A stretch of DNA of 64,000 nucleotides from Alphaproteobacteria bacterium (GTDB lineage Bacteria; Pseudomonadota; Alphaproteobacteria; JAJFFI01). The position numbers and the translations under genes are program-made. The first letter of the stretch is position 1, and the number at the start of each line of letters is the position of its first letter. The notes under the pieces were generated by a model. That model was not told the DNA's origin. It saw only the letters and a list, made by a program, of their open reading frames with translations, and did no database searches. This document shows positions 41,522 through 52,551 of the stretch, in pieces. The stretch spans positions 346-64,345 of the forward strand of contig JASJBI010000061.1 of the NCBI GenBank assembly GCA_030066595.1, given 5' to 3'.

Positions 41522-42436
41522 ATGGCCCGACGGATCCCGCCCCTCAATGCCCTGCGCGCCTTCGAAGCGGCCGCCCGCCATCTGAGCTTTGCCAAGGCGG
41601 CGGAAGAGCTCAACGTCACACCGGCCGCGATCAGCCATCAGGTCAAGAGCCTCGAGGCGTTCGTCGGCGTGCCTCTGTTCCGCCGCCTGACCCGGGCGGT
41701 CATGCTCACGGATGCCGGGCAGGCGGCGTTGCCCCTGCTCTACGAGGCGTTCGACAGGCTCGAACAGGCGGCCGAGCGGATGCGCACCCATGACGAGGCC
41801 GGCGAGCTCAAGCTCAGCGCCGCGCCCAGCTTCACGGCGAAGTGGCTGGTCCCCCGCCTGGACCGGTTTGCTGCGGCCCATCCGGAGATCGACGTGCGGA
41901 TCGACGCCACCAACCAGGTGATCGATCTGGCGCGCGAGGACGTGGACATCGCCATTCGCTACGGTCCGGGCGGCTATCCCAAGCACCGCGAAGACCCGCT
42001 GCTTGAGGACGAGGCGGTGGTTCCCGTGTGCAGCCCGGCTTTGTGCGAAGGGCCCGACGCCCTGACCACGCCCGAGGACCTGCGCCGGCAGACCCTCTTG
42101 CACATTCATTTCGGCGGGCAGCGCAGCACCTGGCCGACCTGGGAGATGTGGCTGCGGGCCGCCGGCATCGCCGGGATCGACGCCACCCGTGGCCCGGTCT
42201 TCGCGCAGGAGAGCCTTGCGCTGCAAGCGGCGATCGCGGGTCAGGGCGTGGCATTGGCGAGCTCCATGTTCGTCGCGGAGGACATCGCCGCAGGCCGCCT
42301 CGTGCGCCCCTTCGACCTCGGCATTCCGCTCGAATTCGGCTACTTCGTGATTTCCCTGGAGGCGAACGCCGACCGCCCCAAGGTGGCAGCGTTCCGGGAC
42401 TGGCTGCTCGAGGAAGCCGGCCGGGACAAGCGCTGA
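41522..42436 (+). CDS. LysR family transcriptional regulator (GcvA-like)
   Basis: IPPLNALRAFEAAARHLSFAKAAEELNVTPAAISHQVKSLE. Confidence 0.9.
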   Translation: MARRIPPLNALRAFEAAARHLSFAKAAEELNVTPAAISHQVKSLEAFVGVPLFRRLTRAVMLTDAGQAALPLLYEAFDRLEQAAERMRTHDEAGELKLSAAPSFTAKWLVPRLDRFAAAHPEIDVRIDATNQVIDLAREDVDIAIRYGPGGYPKHREDPLLEDEAVVPVCSPALCEGPDALTTPEDLRRQTLLHIHFGGQRSTWPTWEMWLRAAGIAGIDATRGPVFAQESLALQAAIAGQGVALASSMFVAEDIAAGRLVRPFDLGIPLEFGYFVISLEANADRPKVAAFRDWLLEEAGRDKR

Positions 42437-42615
42437 ACGGGACCCGCACCGCCCGCGGTGACGCCTGCAGCTCGGCCGCCGCCTACAACTCTTTCGCGTA
42501 TTAGCAACCAAAAGTTGTCGTCAATGTGCTTGCGCACCGCGACCCCCGCAATGCTAGACTTCCGCAAAACAACAAGACTCGCTGGCCGTGGCCGGCGGCC
42601 TCGGGGGGTCCATTC

Positions 42616-44454
42616 GTGACGCCAGTCGATCCCAGCTTCCAGATGTGGGCGACCTTCGCGCTGATCATCGCGGCGCTGGCGCTCTACACGCTCGAGCGCC
42701 TGCCCATGGAACTCACTTCGCTGCTGGCGATCGCCTCACTGCTGCTGTTGTTCCACTTCTTCCCGATCTTCGGCCCCTCCGGCGAGAACCTGCTCACGCC
42801 TCTGCGCATCCTCGAGGGCTTCGCCAACCCGGCCCTGATCACCGTGCTCGCGCTCTTGGTGGTCGGCCAAGGGCTCTTGCGAACCGGCGTGCTCGACCGC
42901 GCCGCGCGGCTCGTCTTCAAGGTCAGCGGCGGCGGCGCCTGGCGCTCGGTCACCCTGTCCCTGGCCATCGTGCTGGTGGTCAGCGCCTTTCTGAACAACA
43001 TCCCCGTGGTGGTCATTTTCATCCCGATCATGCAGGCGCTGGCTGACCGACTGGGCCGCTCGAGCAGCAGCCTCATGATCCCCTTGTCCTACGCCGCCAT
43101 CCTGGGCGGCATGACCACCCTGATCGGCTCCAGCACCAACCTGCTGGTGGCCAGCTCCCTGATCGAGCTCGGCCTGCCGGAGTTCAGTTTCTTCGAGTTC
43201 ACGGTGCCCGGCTTGGTGCTGGCCGCCTCTGGCCTGGCCTACGTGATCCTGATCGCACCCCGCATCATTCCGGACCGGTCTTCGCCGGCGCGCGAGATTA
43301 TGGCCAGCAGCGGCAAGCAGTACATCTCCCAGATCCAGGTGACGGCCGATTCGAAGCTGGTGGCGCAGAGTTCGGTCGGGGGCTTCTTCCCCAACCTCAA
43401 GGACATGACCGTGCGCCTGGTCCAGCGGGGCGAGCACGCCTTCGTGCCGCCCTTCGAGGATCTGACCATCCGCCGGGGCGACGTGATGATCGTGGCCGCA
43501 ACGCGCAGTGCCCTGATGGAGGCGGTCAAGGAGGATCCGGGGCTCCTGAACCCCGACCTTGCCGAAGTGGCGGCCGGCACCGAGGGCACGCGCGGCGAAG
43601 CGCAGGTCTTGGCCGAGGTCATGATCAGCCCCGCCTCGCGCATGATCGGGCAGAACCTGGAGCAGATCCAGTTCCGCCGCCGCTTCAATGCGATCGTCGT
43701 GGGCGTCCAGCGGCGCTCGCGCATGATCCGCGCCCGGATGACCGAAATCCGGCTCGAGGCGGGCGACATCCTGATGCTGCAGGGCCGGCCCGAGACCATC
43801 GAGGCCCTGCGCGGCAACCCGGACATGATCCTATTGGAATGGTCCGCCACGGACCTGCCCTCGCCCTATCACGCCCGGCGCGCGCTGATCGTCTTCTTTG
43901 GCACGGTCCTGCTCGCCGCGACCGGCGTGGTTCCGATCGTCACCGCGGCCTTGGCCGGCGCGGCGGGCATGATCGCCACCGGCTGCTTGACCGTGCGTCA
44001 GGCGGTCCGGGCCGTCGACAGCACCATCGTCATGATGATCGGCGCGGCCCTCGGCCTGGGCCTGGCCTTGGAGGAGACCGGCGGCGCGCCGTATCTGGCG
44101 CACGCGCTGATCGCCGCACTCAAGGGCGCCGGTCCCACGGCCATCCTGTCGGGCTTCTTCCTGCTCGTGGCGTTGCTTTCGAACATCCTCAACACCAAGG
44201 CCTGTGCGGTCCTGTTCACGCCCATCGGCGTCGAAATCGCCTTCGGCCTCGGCATGGACCCGCTGCCCTTCGCGGTCGCCGTCGTGTTCGCCGCCAATTC
44301 CTCCTTCGCCTCCCCGATCGGCTACCAGACCAATCTTTTGGTGATGGGGCCGGGCAACTACCGCTTCGTCGACTTCGCCATCGTCGGGCTGCCGTTGATC
44401 GCGATCGTGTGGGTCGCCTTCACGCTGTTCGCGCCCTGGTATTACGGGATCTGA
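42616..44454 (+). CDS. SLC13/DASS family permease with two central TrkA-C (RCK_C) domains
   Basis: N- and C-terminal CitT/SLC13 transporter halves flanking two TrkA_C-like domains (IRRGDVMIV..., LEAGDILML...); start GTG 42616 or ATG 42643. Confidence 0.85.
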   Translation: MTPVDPSFQMWATFALIIAALALYTLERLPMELTSLLAIASLLLLFHFFPIFGPSGENLLTPLRILEGFANPALITVLALLVVGQGLLRTGVLDRAARLVFKVSGGGAWRSVTLSLAIVLVVSAFLNNIPVVVIFIPIMQALADRLGRSSSSLMIPLSYAAILGGMTTLIGSSTNLLVASSLIELGLPEFSFFEFTVPGLVLAASGLAYVILIAPRIIPDRSSPAREIMASSGKQYISQIQVTADSKLVAQSSVGGFFPNLKDMTVRLVQRGEHAFVPPFEDLTIRRGDVMIVAATRSALMEAVKEDPGLLNPDLAEVAAGTEGTRGEAQVLAEVMISPASRMIGQNLEQIQFRRRFNAIVVGVQRRSRMIRARMTEIRLEAGDILMLQGRPETIEALRGNPDMILLEWSATDLPSPYHARRALIVFFGTVLLAATGVVPIVTAALAGAAGMIATGCLTVRQAVRAVDSTIVMMIGAALGLGLALEETGGAPYLAHALIAALKGAGPTAILSGFFLLVALLSNILNTKACAVLFTPIGVEIAFGLGMDPLPFAVAVVFAANSSFASPIGYQTNLLVMGPGNYRFVDFAIVGLPLIAIVWVAFTLFAPWYYGI

Positions 44455-44654
44455 GCCGTTTCCCACCGACCTGGGTTCGCGCCGGCCCATTGCCGTGGTT
44501 GTCGTGCTCAAAAGGCGCTGGACAACCGAACCAGCATAGGCTGCGCCGATGCGCTCGGCACGGCAATCCCCACCCGGCCAGCCATTGGCAGCATCCGTGG
44601 GGGCGGGGCCTGGTGGGCGAGTGGGCCGGAGCCGATCCCGCGGAAACAACGCAA

Positions 44655-44692
44655 ATGAGAAAACCGCGCCCGCATCTCTGCGGGCGCGGCCC
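44655..44692 (-). terminator. Intrinsic terminator for the minus-strand BA14K-like gene
   Basis: Minus strand reads CCGCGCCCGCAgagaTGCGGGCGCGG followed by TTTTCTCATTT. Confidence 0.55.
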
Positions 44693-44736
44693 TCGCGCTT
44701 GCTCGAGCGGGCCTGCCTGGCTGCCGGCAAGCGAAC

Positions 44737-45390
44737 TCAGATGCAGCGCACCACGCGTCGATCCCCCTGATATCGGAAGTCCTGGCGACCGGTGGTCAAG
44801 CGGCACGCCGCCGCCAGATTGACCCGGTATTCGGTCGCGCCGAGCCCGCCGCGGCCGGGCTGGACGCAGACCCAGCCGTTCCGCGTCTGGTCGAATCTCG
44901 CCTGGCTGCCGCGATAGGTGCGGCTGCAATATCGGTTCAGGTCTGGCGCACCGGGCGCCAGGGGGCGAGTGCCTGTCTCGCCGGAATCTGTGCGACCCTC
45001 GGCGCGGGCAGCACCGGCACCGTCGCTGCCCGTGGCAGCGGCGACGGTGCGGTGCGCACGCCGATCACACGGCGACCCTGTGCCGTCCTGGCCACCGACC
45101 GGCGATGGCTCGGAGATGTGGCAGGGCGGGGGTTGATGACGCGCCGCGTTTGCAGGCGAACGCCCCGATTCGGGGCGCGGACACGGGCGCGCGATGGCGG
45201 TCTCGCCGCTGGGGGCGACGAGCCCGCCGACAACCCCGACCCCGCCGCATTGAGGTCCGAGCGACGCCGGCACGGCAGAGGGATGGGCGACGCCACGGCT
45301 CCAGACGGCACCCGAAAGGGCAAACCCCATGGCAACGGTGACAAGCACCGCGCGAGGTGCCCAGGCGGGAATGCGTCTGGTGGCGTACAT
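44737..45390 (-). CDS. Secreted BA14K-like protein (hypothetical)
   Basis: Signal/TM N-terminus; C-terminal YCSRTYRGSQARFDQT...C resembles the BA14K Cys-RYRSY-D motif. Confidence 0.45.
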   Translation of the reverse strand: MYATRRIPAWAPRAVLVTVAMGFALSGAVWSRGVAHPSAVPASLGPQCGGVGVVGGLVAPSGETAIARPCPRPESGRSPANAARHQPPPCHISEPSPVGGQDGTGSPCDRRAHRTVAAATGSDGAGAARAEGRTDSGETGTRPLAPGAPDLNRYCSRTYRGSQARFDQTRNGWVCVQPGRGGLGATEYRVNLAAACRLTTGRQDFRYQGDRRVVRCI

Positions 45391-45648
45391 CCTGTTTTCC
45401 CTCTCGTTCAGTAGGTGCCGTGTTGAGCGTGGGGTGACCCTACCCCATTGAAATCCGTAGCAATGTGACGATCGTCACACCTCTGGTTAATGGCTCCGAC
45501 CCGCCGGCCAGGGGGCCGAAACGGCTGATCGGCTCCTTGCGACGATGGCCGCGTCCGGCATCGTTGACGCAGTGCAACATGGCCACTAGTATCCGTCCCG
45601 GGCCACGCCCCCCCAACGGGGCGCAACTATTCTGGAAGGAATAGACGC

Positions 45649-46812
45649 ATGAAACCGCAGCTTCGGCCGCGGGTCCCCCAATTCTCCTCTGGACCCTGCG
45701 CCAAGCGCCCCGGGTGGACCCTGGCGGCGCTCGAGAACGCCTGCCTCTCCCGCTCTCACCGGGCCAAGCCCGCCAGGGCCAAGCTGGCCGAGGTCATCGA
45801 CCGCTCCAAGGCGGTCTTGGGCATGCCCGAGGACTGGCGCCTCGGCATCGTGCCGGCCTCGGATACCGGCGCCGTCGAGATCGCGCTCTGGTCGCTGTTG
45901 GGCGCCCGTGGCGTCGACCTGCTGGCCTGGGAGAGCTTCGGCAAGGCCTGGGTCACCGACGCCACCAAGCAGCTCAAGCTCGACGACAGCCGGGTGATCG
46001 CGGCCGAGTACGGCGAGCTGCCGGATCTCGCGACGGTCGATTTCTCGCGGGACGTGGTCCTGACCTGGAACGGTACCACCTCGGGCGTGCGGGTGCCGAA
46101 CGGCGACTGGATCCCGCTCGACCGCGAGGGTCTGGTGATCGCCGACGCGACGTCGGCGGCCTTCGCCATGGACCTGCCCTGGGACAAGCTCGACGTGGCC
46201 ACCTGGTCCTGGCAGAAGGTTCTGGGCGGCGAGGCGGCGCACGGCATGCTGGCCCTGTCGCCGCGGGCGGTGGAGCGGCTGGAGCGCTACACGCCCCCCT
46301 GGCCCATGCCCAAGCTGTTCCGCCTGACCAAAGGCGGCGCGCTCAATGAAGGCATCTTCCGGGGCGAGACCATCAACACGCCGTCCATGCTGTGCGTCGA
46401 GGACGCGCTGGACGGGCTCCGTTGGGCCGAGGGGATCGGCGGGCTGGCTGCGCTGATCGCACGCGCGGAGGCCAGCCTGGAGGCCGTCTCCGGCTGGGTC
46501 GGCGAGAGCGACTGGGCCACCTTCCTGGCCCGGGCGCCCGAGACCCGATCCTGCACCTCGATCTGCCTGTCGCTGGCCGGCCCGGCCGCGGCCGAGCTCG
46601 ACCCCGCCGTCCGGGCCGCCCTGCCCAAGGAGATCGCCGCACTCCTGGCCGACGAAGGCGTCGCCTACGACATCGGCAGCCACCGGGACGCGCCGCCGGG
46701 CCTGCGGCTCTGGGGCGGCGCCACGGTCGAGACCAGCGATCTGGAAATGCTGCTGCCCTGGCTCGACTGGGCCTTCGCCGAGGCGCGCGGGCGGCAGGCC
46801 TCGGCCGCATGA
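45649..46812 (+). CDS. serC: Phosphoserine aminotransferase (alpha-proteobacterial SerC type)
   Basis: [15 protein letters not shown]-terminus, class V aminotransferase fold; immediately upstream of serA. Confidence 0.9.
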   Translation: MKPQLRPRVPQFSSGPCAKRPGWTLAALENACLSRSHRAKPARAKLAEVIDRSKAVLGMPEDWRLGIVPASDTGAVEIALWSLLGARGVDLLAWESFGKAWVTDATKQLKLDDSRVIAAEYGELPDLATVDFSRDVVLTWNGTTSGVRVPNGDWIPLDREGLVIADATSAAFAMDLPWDKLDVATWSWQKVLGGEAAHGMLALSPRAVERLERYTPPWPMPKLFRLTKGGALNEGIFRGETINTPSMLCVEDALDGLRWAEGIGGLAALIARAEASLEAVSGWVGESDWATFLARAPETRSCTSICLSLAGPAAAELDPAVRAALPKEIAALLADEGVAYDIGSHRDAPPGLRLWGGATVETSDLEMLLPWLDWAFAEARGRQASAA

Positions 46813-46819
46813 GGACGCC

Positions 46820-48394
46820 ATGCCCAAGGTTTTGATATCCGACAAGATTTCCGAGAAGGCCGTGGCCGTCATGAAGGAGCGCGGCCTGGATGTGGACTAC
46901 CGGCCGGGGCTCAAACCGGAGGAGCTCAAGGCGGCCATCGGCGGTTTCGACGGGCTCGCCGTGCGCTCGGCCACCAAGGTGACCGCGGACCTGCTGGAGG
47001 CGGCCAACGGGCTCACGGTCATCGGCCGGGCCGGCATCGGCGTCGACAACATCGACGTGAAGGCCGCGACCGAAAACGGCGTGGTGGTCATGAACACGCC
47101 CTTCGGCAACGCCATCACCACGGCCGAGCACGCCATCGCCATGATGTTCGCGCTGGCCCGCCGGATCCCCGAGGCCGACCGCTCGACCCAGTCGGGCCAA
47201 TGGGAGAAGTCCCGCTTCATGGGCGTGGAGCTCACCGGCAAGACGCTGGGCATCATCGGCTGCGGCAACATCGGCTCGATCGTGGCCGAGCGCGCGCACG
47301 CGCTGAAGATGAAGGTGTCGGCCTACGACCCGTTCCTGTCGACCGAGCGGGCCGAGGATCTCGGCGTCGAGAAGGTGGAGCTGGACGTCCTGTTCCGGCG
47401 GGCCGACTTCATCAGCCTGCACGTGCCGCTGACCGACGCCACCCGCAACATCATCGACAAGGACGCCATCGCCCAGATGAAGCCCGGCGTGCGCATCATC
47501 AACTGCGCCCGGGGCGGGCTCCTGGTCGACCAGGACGTCAAGGCGGCCCTGGAGTCGGGCCAGGTCGCCGGCGTGGCGCTGGACGTCTTCGCCGAGGAGC
47601 CGCCCAAGGACAACGTCCTGTTCGGCATGGAGAACGTGGTGGCCACGCCCCATCTCGGCGCCTCGACCACCGAGGCTCAGGAGAAGGTGGCGGTCCAGGT
47701 GGCCGAGCAGCTCGCGGACTTTCTGTTGACCGGCGCCATCGTCAACGCCATCAACATGCCTTCGGTCTCGGCCGAGGACGCGCCCAAGATCCGGCCCTAT
47801 ATGAAGCTCGCCCAGCAGCTCGGCAGCTTCGCCGGCCAGCTCACCCGCACCGGGCTGAAGGCGGTTGCCATCGAGTACGAGGGCGAGGTCGCGGCGCTCA
47901 ACACCCGGCCGATCACCGCGGTCGCGCTCGAAGGCCTGCTCTCCCCGCTGATGGAGACGGTCAACATGGTGAACGCGCCGGTGGTCGCGCGGGAGCGCAA
48001 CATCGACATCACCGAGGTCAAGCACCAGCGGGCGACCGGCTATCAGTCGCTGATCTGCATCACGGTGACGACCGAGCAGCAGTCGCGCGGCGTAGCCGGC
48101 GCGCTGTTCGGCGACGAGCCCCGGCTGGTCAGCATCAAGGGCATCAACATCGAGGCCTCGCTGACGCCGCACATGATCTACATCACCAACGAGGATATGC
48201 CGGGCATCATCGGCAATCTGGGCAACACCTTCGCCGAGGCGGGCATCAACATCGCGACCTTCCATCTCGGCCGCTCGCACCCGGGCGGCGACGCCATCTC
48301 GCTGTTGCAGGTGGACGAGCCCGTGCCCGACGAAGTGCTGGCCAAGGTGCGCAAGCTGCCCAACATCCGCCAGGTGACGCCGCTCAGTTTCTAG
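46820..48394 (+). CDS. serA: D-3-phosphoglycerate dehydrogenase (with ASB and ACT domains)
   Basis: NAD-binding GIIGCGNIGS, catalytic R/E/H of D-2-hydroxyacid dehydrogenases, C-terminal ACT; 524 aa. Confidence 0.95.
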   Translation: MPKVLISDKISEKAVAVMKERGLDVDYRPGLKPEELKAAIGGFDGLAVRSATKVTADLLEAANGLTVIGRAGIGVDNIDVKAATENGVVVMNTPFGNAITTAEHAIAMMFALARRIPEADRSTQSGQWEKSRFMGVELTGKTLGIIGCGNIGSIVAERAHALKMKVSAYDPFLSTERAEDLGVEKVELDVLFRRADFISLHVPLTDATRNIIDKDAIAQMKPGVRIINCARGGLLVDQDVKAALESGQVAGVALDVFAEEPPKDNVLFGMENVVATPHLGASTTEAQEKVAVQVAEQLADFLLTGAIVNAINMPSVSAEDAPKIRPYMKLAQQLGSFAGQLTRTGLKAVAIEYEGEVAALNTRPITAVALEGLLSPLMETVNMVNAPVVARERNIDITEVKHQRATGYQSLICITVTTEQQSRGVAGALFGDEPRLVSIKGINIEASLTPHMIYITNEDMPGIIGNLGNTFAEAGINIATFHLGRSHPGGDAISLLQVDEPVPDEVLAKVRKLPNIRQVTPLSF

Positions 48395-48419
48395 GGGGGC
48401 GGGCCAGGGGAGACACATC

Positions 48420-48839
48420 ATGGCAGACGGGTTCAACCCGCCCGGCATCTGGGGGCCCGACGGCCGGGCGTTCTCGCAGGGGGTCATCCAGGGCGACGGA
48501 GAGACCGTTCACATCACCGGCCAGGTCGCCTGGGACGAGAAGCACGCGGTCGTCGGCATTGGCGACGTTGGCGCCCAGATGGAAAAGTGCATCGACAACA
48601 TCCAGGCGATCCTCGACTGCGTCGGCGGCCGGCTCGAGGACATCGTCTCGCTGACCATCTACTTTCTCGACCGCGAGCACCTGCCGATCATCCAGGAGGT
48701 CCGCGCCCGCCATTTCAAGACGCCGGGCGCGCCCGCGAGCATCCTGATCCAGACGCCGGGGCTGGTGATCCCCGAGTTCCTGATCGAGCTGGTGCCGATC
48801 GCGGTGGTCCCGCGCGACCGGTTCAGGCGGCCGGGCTGA
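48420..48839 (+). CDS. RidA/YjgF family reactive-intermediate deaminase
   Basis: YjgF/chorismate-mutase-like fold, ~139 aa. Confidence 0.8.
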   Translation: MADGFNPPGIWGPDGRAFSQGVIQGDGETVHITGQVAWDEKHAVVGIGDVGAQMEKCIDNIQAILDCVGGRLEDIVSLTIYFLDREHLPIIQEVRARHFKTPGAPASILIQTPGLVIPEFLIELVPIAVVPRDRFRRPG

Positions 48840-48932
48840 ACGGGCGGCTTTGTGTGTCTCGCCCGGAGCGGTCATGACAATCATGGTCTCGGGGCGAGAG
48901 CCCGCCTACTCCGTTGATACACAGAGCTTTTC

Positions 48933-49442
48933 TTGGCATCGGAGATCTCAGGCCAGATGGACGTTCGCGACGAAGGAGACGCCGATCATGGCGCCGTGCG
49001 CGCCGTCGTCCGGGCTGCCTTCGGCCAGCCGGCGGAAACCGATCTCGTGGACGCGTTGCGTCGGGATGGCGACGCGGTAATCGCGCTGGTCGCCGTGTGC
49101 GACGGCGCCATCGTCGGTCATATCATGCTCTCCAGGATGACGGCGCCGGTGCGCGCGCTTGGCCTCGCGCCGGTGGCGGTGCTGCCCGACCAGCAAGGGC
49201 AAGGCATCGGGTCGCGGCTGATCCGCGAGAGCCTGAACCGTGCGGCCGCCCAAGGCTGGGCGGCGGTCTTCGTGGTCGGCGAGCCCGGCTACTATGCGCG
49301 CTTCGGCTTCCGCGCCGATCTCGCGGACCGCTTCGCCTCGCCCTATGCGGGACCCCATTTCATGGCGCTCGAGCTCGTCGACGGCGCCCTCGAAGGCAAG
49401 AGCGGAGCGGTCGCTTTCTCGCCCGCATTCGCCGCGCTCTAG
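48933..49442 (+). CDS. GNAT family N-acetyltransferase
   Basis: PDQQGQGIGSRLIRE motif A. Confidence 0.7.
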   Translation: MASEISGQMDVRDEGDADHGAVRAVVRAAFGQPAETDLVDALRRDGDAVIALVAVCDGAIVGHIMLSRMTAPVRALGLAPVAVLPDQQGQGIGSRLIRESLNRAAAQGWAAVFVVGEPGYYARFGFRADLADRFASPYAGPHFMALELVDGALEGKSGAVAFSPAFAAL

Positions 49443-49618
49443 AACTCGACGCGCGGGCGCCGACCGCTTGATTCCCCCTCCCCGCCTGCCTACACTCGCC
49501 CTTGTCATGACCGAAACGCCGGCATTGCGGATTGGCGCGCGAATTACGACCCCGGTTCTCGTCGAGGACCGGGCCCTCGTGATTCGTCTTGTCGTCACCC
49601 CAATGAAGAGCGCATGTC

Positions 49619-49921
49619 ATGACCTTACTCACTTCTGACCGCCGAAAACCGGCGCTTTCCGACCCCACCACCGCCTGTTTCACCGTGCACGCCCATGCCG
49701 ACCCGGGCGTGCTGCCCCGGGTGCTCGAGCCCTTCGCCAAGCGCGGCTTGGTGCCAACCCGGCTGCACGCCACCGCGGACGGCCCGGGCGAGCTCACCAT
49801 CGACCTCCAGGTCGCGGGCATGGCGCCCGAGCTCGCCAAGCAGGTGGCCGCCGGGCTGCGGATGGTCTGGGGCGTGAGCACGGTGCTGACCTCCGCCCGC
49901 CGCGGCTGCCGCGCGGCGTGA
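49619..49921 (+). CDS. Conserved hypothetical small protein (100 aa)
   Basis: Protein-like composition, no family recognised; upstream of hisZ. Confidence 0.4.
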   Translation: MTLLTSDRRKPALSDPTTACFTVHAHADPGVLPRVLEPFAKRGLVPTRLHATADGPGELTIDLQVAGMAPELAKQVAAGLRMVWGVSTVLTSARRGCRAA

Positions 49922-50044
49922 GCGAGGTCGCCTCGCCCCACAGTTGCCCTGGGGCGGCGGAGGGGGTACCAATTTCCGGGGACATCGGCCCGGACAGGCG
50001 GGCCGGAGGAGAGGCATGACGGGCCGCGGCCCGCCGGAACGCCC

Positions 50045-51205
50045 ATGAACGACGCACCTTCCAAGGCCCTGCTGCCCGCCGGGCTGAGCGATCTGCTGCC
50101 GCCCCAGGCGCAGCACGAGGCCGAGACGGTCGAGGCCCTGCTGGCGAGCTGCCGGGCGCATGGCTACGAGCGGGTCAAGCCGCCGCTCGTGGAGTTCGAG
50201 GAGGGCCTGGCCGGGGGCGAGGCCACCTTCGACGTGGGTCGCTCCTTCCGCATGATGGACCCGGTCTCCCAGCGCATGATGGGCGTGCGCGCCGACATGA
50301 CGATGCAGATCGCCCGCATCGCGACCACGCGCCTGGCCAAGGCGCCGCGGCCCGTGCGCCTCTGCTATGCCGGCGAGGTGCTCAGGGTCCAGGGCACTCA
50401 GCTCAGCCCCGAGCGCCAGTTCTGCCAGGTCGGCGCGGAGCTGATCGGCGCGGCCCAGGCCGCCGCCGGCGACGCCGAGGTGGTGCTGCTCGCGGCCGAG
50501 GCCTTGAACGCCATCGGCATCACGGAACTTTCGATCGACCTCACGCTACCGACCCTCGTGCCGGCGGTCGCGGACGGGCTCGGCATCGCGGATCCCGTCG
50601 CGGGTCGCCTGCGCGCCGCGCTCGACCGCAAGGACGCGGCCGCCGTGGCCGCGATCGAGGACGAGACCAAGGCCAGGGGTCTGTTCCGCGCGCTCCTGGC
50701 CGCGGCGGGCCCGGCGGACAGGGCGCTCGCCGCCATCGCCAAGCTCAAGCTGCCAAAGCCAGCGGCCGAAGAGGCCAAGCGGTTGGCCGAGGTGGTCGAG
50801 CTGATCGTGGCGGCGCGGCCCGACCTGCGCCTCACTGTCGACCCGGTCGAGAACCGCGGCTTCGAGTACCACACCGGCGTCACCTTCACGATCTTCGCCC
50901 AAGGGGTGCGCGGCGAGCTGGGCGGCGGCGGCCGCTATCTCGCCCTCGGCGGGGCGGAGGGCGGCGAGCCCGCGACCGGCTTCACGCTGTTCACCAACGT
51001 GCTGCTCCGCGCGCTCGCCACGCCGGAGGCGGCACGGCGGGTGTTCGTGCCGCTCGAGGTGGCGCGGGCGGAGGCGGCGCGGCTCAGGGCCGAAGGCTGG
51101 ATCACCGTCGCGGGCTTGATGCCGGCCAAGGACGCGGCGGCCGAGGCCCGGCGGCTCGGCTGCGGCCATGTCTACCGGGACGGCCAGGTCAAAACAGTCG
51201 GCTGA
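50045..51205 (+). CDS. hisZ: ATP phosphoribosyltransferase regulatory subunit HisZ
   Basis: Class II aaRS-like HisZ fold; hisZ-purA linkage. Confidence 0.85.
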   Translation: MNDAPSKALLPAGLSDLLPPQAQHEAETVEALLASCRAHGYERVKPPLVEFEEGLAGGEATFDVGRSFRMMDPVSQRMMGVRADMTMQIARIATTRLAKAPRPVRLCYAGEVLRVQGTQLSPERQFCQVGAELIGAAQAAAGDAEVVLLAAEALNAIGITELSIDLTLPTLVPAVADGLGIADPVAGRLRAALDRKDAAAVAAIEDETKARGLFRALLAAAGPADRALAAIAKLKLPKPAAEEAKRLAEVVELIVAARPDLRLTVDPVENRGFEYHTGVTFTIFAQGVRGELGGGGRYLALGGAEGGEPATGFTLFTNVLLRALATPEAARRVFVPLEVARAEAARLRAEGWITVAGLMPAKDAAAEARRLGCGHVYRDGQVKTVG

Positions 51206-52510
<1,305 letters not shown>

Positions 52511-52551
52511 GCTGCGATCCGATCTCTATTTGATCCGCGGCGGTCACGCGA

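Noticed and set aside
46373-48487. 704-aa minus-strand ORF
   Set aside because: Antisense to serA; Arg/Pro/Ala-rich junk translation.
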